A program made the position numbers and the translations under genes. A DNA stretch of 64,000 bases from Minisyncoccota bacterium (GTDB lineage Bacteria; Patescibacteriota; Minisyncoccia; Phycocordibacterales; Phycocordibacteraceae). This document shows, one piece after another, positions 18,964-28,716 of this stretch (its first letter is position 1; the number at the start of each line of letters is the position of its first letter). The stretch is taken from contig JBAZRE010000003.1 of the NCBI GenBank assembly GCA_041663025.1, positions 2,157-66,156 of the forward strand, read 5' to 3'. Below the pieces are notes generated by a model. That model was not told the origin of the DNA. It did no database searches and saw only the letters and a program-made list of their open reading frames with translations.

Positions 18964-20058
18964 ATGTCTTCTGTTTTTAAGGAACGTCTTCATGCTGCCT
19001 TCGCACCACCACGCTATCTTGCACCTCCGCTCTCTGGCATAGATCTTTCTACGAGCGGGGTGAAGGCAGTGCGTCTTGTTGAAGGGATGCACGGCCTCAC
19101 GCTCGCGAATTATTCTGAAGTAAAGTTACCTCCTGGTGCATTCGCCGATGGCGAAATCGTTGATCGTGCTGCTGTCTCTAGCGCACTTGCCACTGCTGCA
19201 AAAACCGCCGGTATATCTGATGCCAATGTAGCATTGTCAGAATCAAAATCGTTCCTCTTTGAGGCCACCGTCAATGGTGTTGATAAACACGAGTGGCGTA
19301 TTGCGATTGAACAGCAACTTGACGAGCTTATACCGTTACCACCGCAGGAGACAGAGTTCGACATTGTTGAAGTCGGGCGAGGAGATAACGGAGTGTTCGT
19401 CGCTGGTGTCGGCTTTGCTCGCCGTATTATCAACGACACTCTTTCGGTCTTCGATAGTGTACACATTCAGACACATGTTCTTGAGGGGGAGACGTTTGCT
19501 ATGGCACGCGCTCTCCTACCTCATGAAGACTCTTCTACTGTGCTCATTATTGATATCGGCAAGACGACGACGAAGTTAGCCGTTGTTGAAGCGCGTGTAC
19601 CGCGTTTTGCCACAACAATCGGCATCGGCGGTCACGCGCTAACACTCGCTGTGCAGAAACACTTCGGGGTAACCGAAGCTGAGGCACGTAAGGTAAAAGC
19701 TGATCGTGGCATTGTCCCCGTACAAGGAAATGAAGATTATCTCGCTACTATGCTTTCGACGGTTTCTGCGATTCGTGACGAGATCTCAAGCCGACTCGAC
19801 TATTGGCAGAAAAAAGCTGCATTACAGGGAGCTCATGAACCAGTGTCACGCGCGATTCTTGTCGGTGGCAATGCTTCGGTACGGGGGCTTCCTGAATATC
19901 TTGAGGGGGCACTGCAAATCCCTGTCGTTATCGGAGACGTGTTCACAAATTTGGCTTCACGCGATACATGGATTCCTTCACTCGACTTCACCGAGGCGCT
20001 CGCGTATGCAACGTCGATAGGTCTTGCACTCCACGATCACACCACACGCCATGCATAG
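18964..20058 (+). CDS. pilM: Type IV pilus assembly protein PilM
   Basis: GIDLS..VK, IIDIGKTTT, ILVGGNA actin-like fold. Confidence 0.85.
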   Translation: MSSVFKERLHAAFAPPRYLAPPLSGIDLSTSGVKAVRLVEGMHGLTLANYSEVKLPPGAFADGEIVDRAAVSSALATAAKTAGISDANVALSESKSFLFEATVNGVDKHEWRIAIEQQLDELIPLPPQETEFDIVEVGRGDNGVFVAGVGFARRIINDTLSVFDSVHIQTHVLEGETFAMARALLPHEDSSTVLIIDIGKTTTKLAVVEARVPRFATTIGIGGHALTLAVQKHFGVTEAEARKVKADRGIVPVQGNEDYLATMLSTVSAIRDEISSRLDYWQKKAALQGAHEPVSRAILVGGNASVRGLPEYLEGALQIPVVIGDVFTNLASRDTWIPSLDFTEALAYATSIGLALHDHTTRHA

Positions 20059-20605
20059 CGAACTCACCAACCTACTTCCTCTTGAGCGGCAGCAGCTACT
20101 TCGCCGCGAGTACTTCATGCGTCTCAGCGTTGTTTCTCTTTCGCTCATCGTCCTACTTACTCTCTCAGCAGCGGTACTACTCGTGCCGACATACGTATTT
20201 CTCACTGAGAGTGCTCGCGCGAAAGAAGTTCGACTTGCAAATATTGGATCCACCATTTCTTCTTCTGATGACGCAACACTTTCTAATCAACTCTCTTTAC
20301 TATCAAAAAATGCTGCTACCCTGACAACTCTCGCCGAAACACAATCAATAAGCGAAATTGTTCGTGCGGTGCTCGCCATATCACGCCCCGGAATCACTCT
20401 TTCTAGTTTCGCGTATTCGTCTGCTGCAGGTAAAAATCTGGGCACCTTGAAGATTTCTGGCAATGCCATGACGCGTGATGCATTGCGCAACTACCAACTT
20501 GCGCTCTCTGGGGCATCTTTTGCTCGTTCAGCTGATCTACCAGTTTCTGCATACGCCAAGGACAGTAATATTGCGTTTACTATCGCCATGACTCTCGCGC
20601 CATGA
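20051..20605 (+). CDS. PilN-like protein
   Basis: NLLP motif, single TM, ISG.A..RD.L; follows pilM. Confidence 0.7.
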   Translation: MHSELTNLLPLERQQLLRREYFMRLSVVSLSLIVLLTLSAAVLLVPTYVFLTESARAKEVRLANIGSTISSSDDATLSNQLSLLSKNAATLTTLAETQSISEIVRAVLAISRPGITLSSFAYSSAAGKNLGTLKISGNAMTRDALRNYQLALSGASFARSADLPVSAYAKDSNIAFTIAMTLAP

Positions 20606-21123
20606 AATCGCACGTTCTCAATCTCGTCATTGCACTTGCAGTAACCACTGCCGCTTTTGCATGTTATGGATTCTGGTATGCAGCCATTGTTGCCAAGAGC
20701 ACTGCAGTTGCGGACATACAAAATCAAATCGTTGCGAAGACCGCGACCGCGGATCGTGTTGCTTCTACACGAGCGACACTTTCTGAAATTGCCGGGGATG
20801 AGGCTATGATTCAAAGCCACTTTATTCCCGATACTGAAGTAGTCGCCTTCATTGACGGGCTTGAGACACAAGGGGAGAAACAAGGGACTACGGTAAGTGT
20901 TCGTTCTGTCTCCACAGGCACTGGGGCACAGCCAACCTTTCTACTCTCTCTTACTATCAACGGATCATTTGGTGCAGTGATGCGTACGATTGGTATCATT
21001 GAGTACGCTCCATACTATATTTCGATATCAGAACTTTCACTCTCGCAAGGTGATAAGAGCATATGGCAGGCCGATCTCAAACTTTTGGTCGGTTCGATAC
21101 ATGCCGCCACAAGTACCCCATGA
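20602..21123 (+). CDS. PilO-like protein
   Basis: N-terminal TM; operon position; GSF...IE..PY motif. Confidence 0.6.
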   Translation: MKSHVLNLVIALAVTTAAFACYGFWYAAIVAKSTAVADIQNQIVAKTATADRVASTRATLSEIAGDEAMIQSHFIPDTEVVAFIDGLETQGEKQGTTVSVRSVSTGTGAQPTFLLSLTINGSFGAVMRTIGIIEYAPYYISISELSLSQGDKSIWQADLKLLVGSIHAATSTP

Positions 21124-21425
21124 CTATTCTTGCAACCATCAATTCTTTTTTGAAGCATCTGCATCATCGACCGCTCGATCCGATACGCGATTGGATGGTC
21201 ATGCTCACACTGTCTGCAATAGCTCTTGTGAGCATCATTGTTTGGAACATATGGGCCTTCAACACCGTTGCGACAGGCGGTGTTATAGGCGTTACCGCAA
21301 CCAGTACATCACCTGTTTTCAACCAAACTGCGCTTGATACCATTCACACCATTTTTGATGAGCGTGCTAATGAGGAGATGAAATACGAAACAGGCACGTA
21401 TCGTTTCGTCGACCCTTCGCAATAA
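21120..21425 (+). CDS. Membrane hypothetical protein in the pil operon
   Basis: ATGA-coupled, single TM, DPS C-terminus. Confidence 0.6.
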   Translation: MTILATINSFLKHLHHRPLDPIRDWMVMLTLSAIALVSIIVWNIWAFNTVATGGVIGVTATSTSPVFNQTALDTIHTIFDERANEEMKYETGTYRFVDPSQ

Positions 21426-21536
21426 GCGTTGCTTGCACGCTTTCTCCCTGCGCTTGCCTCGGACGAATCAAATAAGAATTTGTTCGTCACTCGGCTCGCT
21501 TGGTAGTAACCCTAATATACGATAGTGTTAAGTTAC

Positions 21537-21608
21537 GCCCTGATAGTTCAATGGATAGAACACCGGACTTCTAAGCCGGTTATGTAGGTCCGATTCCTAC
21601 TCGGGGCA
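21537..21608 (+). tRNA. tRNA-Arg(TCT)
   Basis: GCCCTGATAGTTCAATGGATAGAAC...CT-TCT-AA... Confidence 0.9.
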
Positions 21609-21609
21609 C

Positions 21610-21691
21610 GGGCACGTGGCGGAACTGGTATACGCGTACGTCTCAGAAGCGTATGGGGCAACCCTTGAGAGTTCAAATCTCTCCGCGCCCA
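21610..21691 (+). tRNA. tRNA-Leu(CAG)
   Basis: TACGT-CT-CAG-AA-GCGTA with variable arm. Confidence 0.93.
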
Positions 21692-21692
21692 C

Positions 21693-21765
21693 GGGCGATT
21701 AGCTCAGCTGGTAGAGCAACGAGTTTACACCTCGAAGGTCACAGGTTCGAGTCCTGTATCGCCCA
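21693..21765 (+). tRNA. tRNA-Val(TAC)
   Basis: CGAG-TT-TAC-AC-CTCG; GGTTCGAGTCC. Confidence 0.95.
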
Positions 21766-21771
21766 CAAAAT

Positions 21772-22452
21772 ATGAATCTCCCCATTCTCTATGAAGATAA
21801 TGATGTTGTTGCGGTCAACAAGCCCGCAGGACTGGTCACGCACTCTGATGGGAGGACAAAAGAAGAAACAGCAGAGGATTGGTTTAAAGAAAAATATATA
21901 GAAGTAAAATTAGAAAAGCCATACGTGCATCGACTGGATAGAGATACGTCGGGTGTCTTGGTGTTTGCAAAAAATGAAAAGGCGTACGACTTCTTGCGCA
22001 AAGCATTTCACGATAGGGAAGTGAAGAAGACGTATCTCGCGTTCGTGTATGGCGTGCCAAAAGAAAAGAAAGGAATAATAGATTTTGACATTGGTCGCTC
22101 ACGCAAAGACTTTCGTCTTCGAAGTGCACAGCCAAAAGCGAAAGGGCACCTGCGCGAGTCACTTACTCGCTATGAAGTGATTGGCGAAGCAGGTGAGTAT
22201 TCACTACTGAAAGTACAACCAGAAACAGGCAGGACGCATCAGATCCGTGTCCACCTGAAAGCGATTAATCATCCAATCATCGGCGACCGGCTCTACTCAC
22301 CAAAGCGAGAGCTGGCGCTAGGAATTACCAGATTAGGTCTCCATGCGCACATGATTGATTTGCCGCTGCCCTCGGGCGATCGTGTGCAAATAGAAGCTCC
22401 CATTCCACCAGATCTAGCACCAGCTTTTGCTCAATTTAAGAGGACGTGGTAG
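21772..22452 (+). CDS. RluA-family pseudouridine synthase
   Basis: NKPAGL, VHRLDRDTSG, TGRTHQIRVHL, PIIGD.LY. Confidence 0.95.
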   Translation: MNLPILYEDNDVVAVNKPAGLVTHSDGRTKEETAEDWFKEKYIEVKLEKPYVHRLDRDTSGVLVFAKNEKAYDFLRKAFHDREVKKTYLAFVYGVPKEKKGIIDFDIGRSRKDFRLRSAQPKAKGHLRESLTRYEVIGEAGEYSLLKVQPETGRTHQIRVHLKAINHPIIGDRLYSPKRELALGITRLGLHAHMIDLPLPSGDRVQIEAPIPPDLAPAFAQFKRTW

Positions 22453-22464
22453 TGTGCGCAGCAC

Positions 22465-22980
22465 ATGGAGAAGGTTATAACGACAGTCAATGTAGAGGGA
22501 CGCGCGAAGCTCGGGCTTCGCGCGGGTGATACGGTACGTGTCACTCAGAACATCATTGAGCTCAAGAAGGGTCGCGGCACCGACAAGAAGGAGAAGACCA
22601 TCAAGAATGCTCGCAAGCAGGATTATGTTGGACTCGTTATGGCAGTGAAGCACGGCACAGAAGCGGGAGCATCATTCACCGTTCGTGCAGTTCTTTCGGG
22701 TGTTGGAGTTGAGAAGACCTTCCCACTTTACTCCCCGATGATCGACTCGATCGAGATCGTGAAGCGCTCGAAGGTGCGCCGCGCCAAGCTCTACTTCATC
22801 CGCGAGAAGGCAGCCAAGGCGGTGCGTCGCCAGCTCCGCAACGCGCGCATGCTCAACATGAAGAGTGATGAGGCAATGCCTTCTGTTGCAGAAGAGGTAG
22901 TTCCAGAAGCCGTTGAAGATGTTGCAGTAGCAGAAGCTGAAGTTCCGGTCGCTGAACAAACAGAAGAAGTCGCGGCATAA
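22465..22980 (+). CDS. rplS: 50S ribosomal protein L19 with acidic C-terminal tail
   Basis: GDTVRV, FTVR..GVGVEKTFPLYSP, KVRRAKLYFIR. Confidence 0.96.
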   Translation: MEKVITTVNVEGRAKLGLRAGDTVRVTQNIIELKKGRGTDKKEKTIKNARKQDYVGLVMAVKHGTEAGASFTVRAVLSGVGVEKTFPLYSPMIDSIEIVKRSKVRRAKLYFIREKAAKAVRRQLRNARMLNMKSDEAMPSVAEEVVPEAVEDVAVAEAEVPVAEQTEEVAA

Positions 22981-23055
22981 ATTTACAGACAAAAAAATCG
23001 AGTTATCCACTCGATTTTTCTTTATATATTATTGGTATACGCTTATACTTGAGGT

Positions 23056-23766
23056 ATGGGGTTGCGTGGACCAAAGCCTAGGAGAAGGGAAGTAATCTGG
23101 TCGCCAGAATTGGCGTACGCGATCGGGCTTATTGCGACTGACGGTTGTCTCTCAAATGATGGTAGACATTTATTATTCGTTTCTAAAGATCTTGAGCAGA
23201 TTAAAAATCTTAAGAAAGCGCTCGGACTTAAAGTAAAAATTGGTATCCATCGAGCAGGTGCTAGAATGAAAAACCGGCTTTATCACAGAGTGCAGTGGGG
23301 CGATGTCGTTTTCTATAACTTTTTACTTGAAATAGGACTTACACAGAACAAGTCTAAAACAATTGGAGTACTCGCTATACCAGACAAATACTTTTTCGAC
23401 TTCTTGCGTGGCAGCTTCGATGGCGATGGCTCCTTTTACAGTTATTTTGACCCACGTTGGAAATCGAGCTTTATGTATTACGTCAGTATAACTTCTGCAA
23501 GTTCATTGCACATCGATTGGTTGAGAGAAACACTTCATCGTCTACTTAGTGTAGACGGGCACATATCAAAAATGGGAGAAAATAGAGAAGATCGGAATCC
23601 AATATTTAATCTAAGGTTTGCAAAAAGAGAATCACTGCTAGTTATGAACGCCATGTACTCCACTTCTTGCTTGATACACCTATCTCGCAAAAGATTGAAA
23701 ATAGCGCGCGCTTTGCGTATAGTAGGGGAGTCATTGCTTTCGCGTAGAAAGAAATTGACGAAGTAA
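23056..23766 (+). CDS. LAGLIDADG homing-endonuclease-like protein (two motifs)
   Basis: AYAIGLIATDG and FLRGSFDGDG; ends 1 nt before tRNA-Leu. Confidence 0.85.
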   Translation: MGLRGPKPRRREVIWSPELAYAIGLIATDGCLSNDGRHLLFVSKDLEQIKNLKKALGLKVKIGIHRAGARMKNRLYHRVQWGDVVFYNFLLEIGLTQNKSKTIGVLAIPDKYFFDFLRGSFDGDGSFYSYFDPRWKSSFMYYVSITSASSLHIDWLRETLHRLLSVDGHISKMGENREDRNPIFNLRFAKRESLLVMNAMYSTSCLIHLSRKRLKIARALRIVGESLLSRRKKLTK

Positions 23767-23767
23767 T

Positions 23768-23851
23768 GCCCAGGTGGCGCAATTGGTACCCGCGCAGCCT
23801 TGAGGTGGCTGTGGTCGCAAGACCGTGGAGGTTCAAGTCCTCTCCTGGGCA
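23768..23851 (+). tRNA. tRNA-Leu(GAG)
   Basis: CAGCC-TT-GAG-GT-GGCTG with variable arm. Confidence 0.93.
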
Positions 23852-23962
23852 CTAAAACTAAATCGTGTTGCAGAACTTGTGTTCCTGCGGCTGGTCTGGT
23901 ATGACAGACAAAAGAAAAGAAAGATGGAAAAGGTCTTTGTACTTCAACAAAGGAGGTGACGA

Positions 23963-24472
23963 ATGAGAGATTTTCAGGGTAGTGTAGATGAATCAGCAAT
24001 TGTTTTAGAGGGAGTCTTCCCAGAAAGTGATTTAATTGTTTCTTCACCGCTTGAATTTTCCAGTCCACGTTCCGGGGTTTATGTTGAAGGTAGCCTCGAG
24101 CATGTGGAAATTATTTTCAAGCAACTTTTCGGTCTTTTGAATGTGTACATTGACGAAAAGCTTTTTGGCCGCTGGATTGGAGTAACTCCGCCTGCGGAAG
24201 ATTCGGCTCGCACAATCCTGCACTATGAAGCTGTGGCCGACTTTGAAAAAGTGAGACTGTTAAATTTCGTTTTTCGGGAACAGTTGGCAAAGATCTGTAA
24301 CATGCACCTATCTACTATCGCAGTTCTTTTCATCAAATTTGAGGGTAAGGAACTTGATCGGCGATGGGTCGCTTTGCCGGAGGGATTCGTGAACGGCAGC
24401 ATTCGTTTGCCGAAGTTAAAAACGAAAAAACCAGAAACCAGTTCTTGTCCCGCAGGAGAAAGCCTGCAGTAA
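23963..24472 (+). CDS. Hypothetical protein
   Basis: AAGGAGGTGA RBS; hairpin terminator follows at ~24477-24508. Confidence 0.6.
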   Translation: MRDFQGSVDESAIVLEGVFPESDLIVSSPLEFSSPRSGVYVEGSLEHVEIIFKQLFGLLNVYIDEKLFGRWIGVTPPAEDSARTILHYEAVADFEKVRLLNFVFREQLAKICNMHLSTIAVLFIKFEGKELDRRWVALPEGFVNGSIRLPKLKTKKPETSSCPAGESLQ

Positions 24473-24542
24473 AAAAGCCCCGGTTCTGCATAATGCAGAA
24501 TCGGGGCTCCGTTGTTTCTTGAACAACTGATAGTATTGTCTC

Positions 24543-25076
24543 ATGCTCTACACCGGCACCGGCGATGATGGGAAGACGAAATTATTTAACTGCGATCAGC
24601 AGCGGGTATCAAAGTCATCTGAAGTGCCAGAGGCGCTGGGCGCGCTTGATGAATTAAATGCGTTTTTGGGATTGGTGAAAATAAAAGCGGCAGGAGAACC
24701 GCGAATCGCTTTAGCGATTCGCGAAATACAAGAAAATCTTTTTATCATTCAGGCAGAAGTTGCAGGAGCCGGTAAGAAAATAGGGGAGGACGCGATAATC
24801 GGTGTTGAAAAACTAATAGGCGAAATAGAAAAAGAAATTCCGCCAATCACTGGCTTCTCTATTGCCGGTGGGACTGAACTCTCTGCTCTTCTTGATGTCG
24901 CGCGCACGCTCGCACGCCGTGCTGAACGCGCGTTAATTGCCGCCAAAGACGCAAAAGCAGTCACTCTATCGAGCGGCACTTTGGCATATATGAACCGCCT
25001 CTCGTCGCTCCTCTTCGCTCTCGCTCGCATCGCGAATCATCTCGCGGGCGTGCCAGAAGAAAACCCGCGCTACTAA
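24543..25076 (+). CDS. PduO-type cob(I)alamin adenosyltransferase-like protein
   Basis: YTGTGDDGKT, GALDELN, ARTLARRAER, MNRLSSLLF. Confidence 0.9.
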   Translation: MLYTGTGDDGKTKLFNCDQQRVSKSSEVPEALGALDELNAFLGLVKIKAAGEPRIALAIREIQENLFIIQAEVAGAGKKIGEDAIIGVEKLIGEIEKEIPPITGFSIAGGTELSALLDVARTLARRAERALIAAKDAKAVTLSSGTLAYMNRLSSLLFALARIANHLAGVPEENPRY

Positions 25077-25120
25077 GGCATTCTTTCGATATTTGTGTTA
25101 TAAAAACTCTGTGCGCACAT

Positions 25121-25197
25121 GGTGGTCGTAGCTCAATTGGTAGAGCATCTGCTTGTGGAGCAGAAGGTTGTGGGATCGTGACCCATCGACCACCCCA
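25121..25197 (+). tRNA. tRNA-His(GTG) with G-1 and encoded CCA
   Basis: TCTGC-TT-GTG-GA-GCAGA; atypical T-loop ATCGTGA. Confidence 0.9.
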
Positions 25198-25722
25198 ATG
25201 ATGACAATCCAAAAAGCCGTTCCAGAAGACGCTCTTGGAGTAGGGGAGGTATTTTACAAAACATGGCTCGCGACATATCCCAATGAAGAGTTCGGCATAA
25301 CCGTTGATGACATTGAAGACCGATGGAAAGACAGAAATAAAGCAGATGGCAGCAGAATCAGAAACGCTCCAGATAACGAATTACTTCTCACCGCGAAAGA
25401 TGGCGACAAAATTGTTGGAGTGTGTCGTGCAGTCAAACATACAGATAAAAATAATCTGCAGGCAATTTACATTCTTCCTGAATATCAAGGGCAAGGACTT
25501 GGTAATAGTTTTTGGAAAGAAGCTCTAAAGTTTTTTGATCCAAAAAAAGATATTACCGTCGAAGTCGCGATCTATAACGCCAATGCAATAGAGTTTTATG
25601 AAAAGCTTGGTTTTAAAGACTCTGGCAAAAGATTTTCAAATGAAAGACTGAAAATGAAAAGCGGTGCCATACTTCCCGAAATGGAGATGGTTATAAAAGC
25701 GAGTGAGCGTGATACTATTTGA
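25198..25722 (+). CDS. GNAT family acetyltransferase
   Basis: IYILPEYQGQGLG, NANAIEFYEKLGF. Confidence 0.9.
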   Translation: MMTIQKAVPEDALGVGEVFYKTWLATYPNEEFGITVDDIEDRWKDRNKADGSRIRNAPDNELLLTAKDGDKIVGVCRAVKHTDKNNLQAIYILPEYQGQGLGNSFWKEALKFFDPKKDITVEVAIYNANAIEFYEKLGFKDSGKRFSNERLKMKSGAILPEMEMVIKASERDTI

Positions 25723-25724
25723 AG

Positions 25725-26369
25725 ATGAAAAACTTCTTTTTCGGTGTTTTTCTCACAGCTGTTGTGGTGGCTGGCGGGCTCATATACCGCAATGTGCTTG
25801 AGCACCCTTCGCAGCCGATAGTGTGCCCGATGGACGCGCTTGTGTGTCCTGACGGCACTTCGGTATCGCGTGTTGGCTCATCCTGCACATTTCCAGTATG
25901 CCCGCCGCCAAATGTTTCATTTTCTAATATCGGCATTTCGTTTGCAGTTCCAGCAGGCTTTGTGATTGCGTCATTGCCAGATTCTGCAAGCGTCGCCGCG
26001 TATCAGATGCCAATACCGACAGCTTCTTCAACTGCTGATATCACAATACGTCGCTTTGCGATTCAAGCATCTTCAACCGCGCTTGCGACCATCAAACAGA
26101 CAGCTATTGGTGGCGCCTCTGGAGCGCCAGTCGGTGCGACTTCATTTTCTTCCAAAACTCTCGGATCGTATCGCTTCACGGTCGTCGCGATAGAACGCTT
26201 CGAGGGAGTTATTGATACGGCGTATTATCTCGCTCGCAGCACTGACGTACTCCGCTTTGACGCGATTGACCGAGGAGCTGATTGGACCAATCCGAACCTT
26301 AACGTTTCAACTCTTCCTGCAGCTGCGGCACTCGAGAAGCTCCTCGCGACCCTGCAAGGGCAGGGGTAA
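25725..26369 (+). CDS. Membrane-anchored protein with Cys motif
   Basis: N-terminal TM then CPMDALVCPDGTSVSR..C.F..CP, a motif common in CPR proteins. Confidence 0.7.
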   Translation: MKNFFFGVFLTAVVVAGGLIYRNVLEHPSQPIVCPMDALVCPDGTSVSRVGSSCTFPVCPPPNVSFSNIGISFAVPAGFVIASLPDSASVAAYQMPIPTASSTADITIRRFAIQASSTALATIKQTAIGGASGAPVGATSFSSKTLGSYRFTVVAIERFEGVIDTAYYLARSTDVLRFDAIDRGADWTNPNLNVSTLPAAAALEKLLATLQGQG

Positions 26370-26409
26370 AGTGCTATAGTTTTGGCAGTTACTCAATAAC
26401 CATTTTGCC

Positions 26410-27213
26410 ATGAATGACAACCCTTTTTGTAAGATCTGTGATAATGGTGTTGCACGTGTCGCATTTATAAGCACGATCGTGATACTTGCACTCTTCTTGC
26501 TCGCACAGACGATGAATACTTTGGGGAACATTGGTCGCTCGGGTGTACCGGCGACCGACACCATTACGGTACAGGGCGATGGCCAGGCGACACTCCCGCC
26601 GGATGTCGCGCGTATTTCTTTCACCGTTGATAATACGAAGGTCACTGTTGCAGATGCGCAAGACGCCACCACCAAACAAGCAAATGCCGCAATCGCGTTT
26701 GTAAAAGAGCAGGGTGTTGCAGACAAAGATGTAAAAACACTCTCGTACAACATCAGTCCACAGTATTCGTATCCAAATCCGTGCCAGCCTGGAATGCTTT
26801 GTCCGACATATACCGGTACACCGAAGATAACGGGCTATCAAGTCTCTGAAACAATTCAAGTGACCATGCGTGACCTCACGAAGGTTGGCGAAATGTTGGG
26901 CGGACTCGGGAAACTTGAAGTACAGAATGTAAATGGCCCTGCTTTTGCGCTCGATGACTCAACTGCCGGCTACGATGCCGCGCGCGCCGATGCGATTACC
27001 AAAGCAAAGACGCAGGCGAAACTTCTCTCAAAGCAGCTCGGTGTTTCTCTCGGCAAAATAGTGAACTTCAGCGAGTCATCGGGCGGCTACGCTTATCCGA
27101 TGTACGGTCTTGGCATGGGCGTGTCGAGTACGAAAGCAGAATCTGCACCAAATGTTCCGGTAGGTGAGAACACCTACAACGCATCAGTCTCTATCACCTA
27201 CGAGATTCGCTAG
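26410..27213 (+). CDS. SIMPL (DUF541) domain protein
   Basis: ITVQGDG....PD.A, AITKAK.QA..L..LGV.LG.I, V.ITYEI. Confidence 0.9.
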   Translation: MNDNPFCKICDNGVARVAFISTIVILALFLLAQTMNTLGNIGRSGVPATDTITVQGDGQATLPPDVARISFTVDNTKVTVADAQDATTKQANAAIAFVKEQGVADKDVKTLSYNISPQYSYPNPCQPGMLCPTYTGTPKITGYQVSETIQVTMRDLTKVGEMLGGLGKLEVQNVNGPAFALDDSTAGYDAARADAITKAKTQAKLLSKQLGVSLGKIVNFSESSGGYAYPMYGLGMGVSSTKAESAPNVPVGENTYNASVSITYEIR

Positions 27214-27363
27214 CAGCAAGCAAGGAGACACCTCCCTCCGTGAGGAGTCACCTTGATTGCTGGGGGTGTCACCTTGTGGACGACCGTTGACGTACACTTT
27301 GTGCTGTAGTATGCTCTTGAAATACAGAGCCCGCAGGGCTTTTTTATTTACCAAACACTTGCT

Positions 27364-27549
27364 ATGACATCACTCTTCACCTATCTGAAGCATGTTCGCG
27401 AAGAATTCACGCATATCGTCTGGCCGACACGGCACACAGCGATCGCGCATACACTCGTGGTCATTTTTATCGCGGCGGTCATCGCTCTTCTTGTGGGGTT
27501 GCTCGACTACATCTTCGGTTTGGGAGTGAGTCGCGCCATTATCGGCTAA
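27364..27549 (+). CDS. secE: Preprotein translocase SecE
   Basis: EF.HIVWP..TLVV..LD; upstream of nusG. Confidence 0.9.
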   Translation: MTSLFTYLKHVREEFTHIVWPTRHTAIAHTLVVIFIAAVIALLVGLLDYIFGLGVSRAIIG

Positions 27550-27559
27550 CTTTTCTTAT

Positions 27560-28198
27560 ATGGATGAACAATACTCACCGCGAGAAGAGATGGAGATGCC
27601 TGATGAAGTTGGCATGGCAGATATTGCGCCCTCAGTGAAAAAGGAGGTTCGTGATGAAGTTGTACAAAACGAATCAGATGCGCGCTGGTACACCATTCAT
27701 ACGTATGCCGGTTATGAGAACGCCGTTGAACGCAACTTGAAGCAGCGCATTGAGTCTCTCGGTATGGAGGAGAAGATTTTTGATGTCATTGTCCCAACCG
27801 AAAAGAAGATTCGCGTGAAGGGAGGCAAGCGCATTGTTGAAGAAGAGAAAATATACCCAGGATATATTCTCGTGCGGATGATTGTTGATGATGATTCGTG
27901 GTTCGTGGTGCGCAATACTCCGCGCGTGACAGGCTTTGTCGGCGCGGGCAACACACCCGTCCCTATGGAGGAGTCTGAAGTGACATCCCTGATGAAGCGT
28001 ATGACAGCCGAGGCGCCCAAGCATCGTATTGACCTCGTCAAAGAGGATCCGGTCGTTATCGCCGATGGTCCCTTCAAGGATCTTGAGGGCAAGGTGAGCG
28101 AAATTGATGAAGATCGAGGGAAGGTGAAGGTGATGGTCTCGATGTTCGGGCGCGAGACGCCAGTAGAATTAGATTTCCTTCAGATAAGGAAACTCTAA
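27560..28198 (+). CDS. nusG: Transcription antitermination factor NusG
   Basis: WYTIHTYAGYE, YPGYILV, VRNTPRVTGF, MFGRETPVELDF. Confidence 0.97.
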   Translation: MDEQYSPREEMEMPDEVGMADIAPSVKKEVRDEVVQNESDARWYTIHTYAGYENAVERNLKQRIESLGMEEKIFDVIVPTEKKIRVKGGKRIVEEEKIYPGYILVRMIVDDDSWFVVRNTPRVTGFVGAGNTPVPMEESEVTSLMKRMTAEAPKHRIDLVKEDPVVIADGPFKDLEGKVSEIDEDRGKVKVMVSMFGRETPVELDFLQIRKL

Positions 28199-28277
28199 TT
28201 CTAAGCACCAAGCACCAAATTCGAAATCCCAAATAAGCACCAAGCACGAAATCATAAATGATGCCAAAGCTCAAAAA

Positions 28278-28631
28278 ATGAAATCTGAAAAGAAATTTGA
28301 CTTAGAGGAGCGAACACTTGATTTTGCGAAAGATGTTCGCAAGCTTGTTAAAGCACTCCCGAAATCAGTTGCACTTATTGAAGACGGGAAACAATTAGTA
28401 CGTTCGTCAGGATCAGTAGGAGCGAATTATATCGAAGCGAATGAGGCGTTGAGCAAAAAGGATTTTATGATGCGAGTCAAAATCGCACGCAAAGAAGCAA
28501 AGGAGAGCCGCTACTGGCTGAAACTAATCGAGGTCTCGGAACAGTTTGAAAAAGATCGTGCTAATTTGGAACAAGAAGCAGTCGAACTCACGAAGATCTT
28601 GAGCACAATTTTGCAAAAAGCTACAGTTTAA
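28278..28631 (+). CDS. Four-helix-bundle protein (23S rRNA IVS protein-like)
   Basis: LEERT..F, QLVRSSGSVGANYIEA, IARKEAKESRYWL. Confidence 0.92.
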   Translation: MKSEKKFDLEERTLDFAKDVRKLVKALPKSVALIEDGKQLVRSSGSVGANYIEANEALSKKDFMMRVKIARKEAKESRYWLKLIEVSEQFEKDRANLEQEAVELTKILSTILQKATV

Positions 28632-28716
28632 TCCTGTGTTTATTATTTTGAACTTGTTTCGTGCTTGGTGCTTGAGATTTGGAATTTTTTCCACGCCGTG
28701 GTAGCGTGGGGACACT

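Noticed and set aside
23963-24472. Possible remote DGR targets among orphan ORFs (also 34698 and 52085)
   Set aside because: Their 3' ends show no similarity to TR1 or TR2 by eye.
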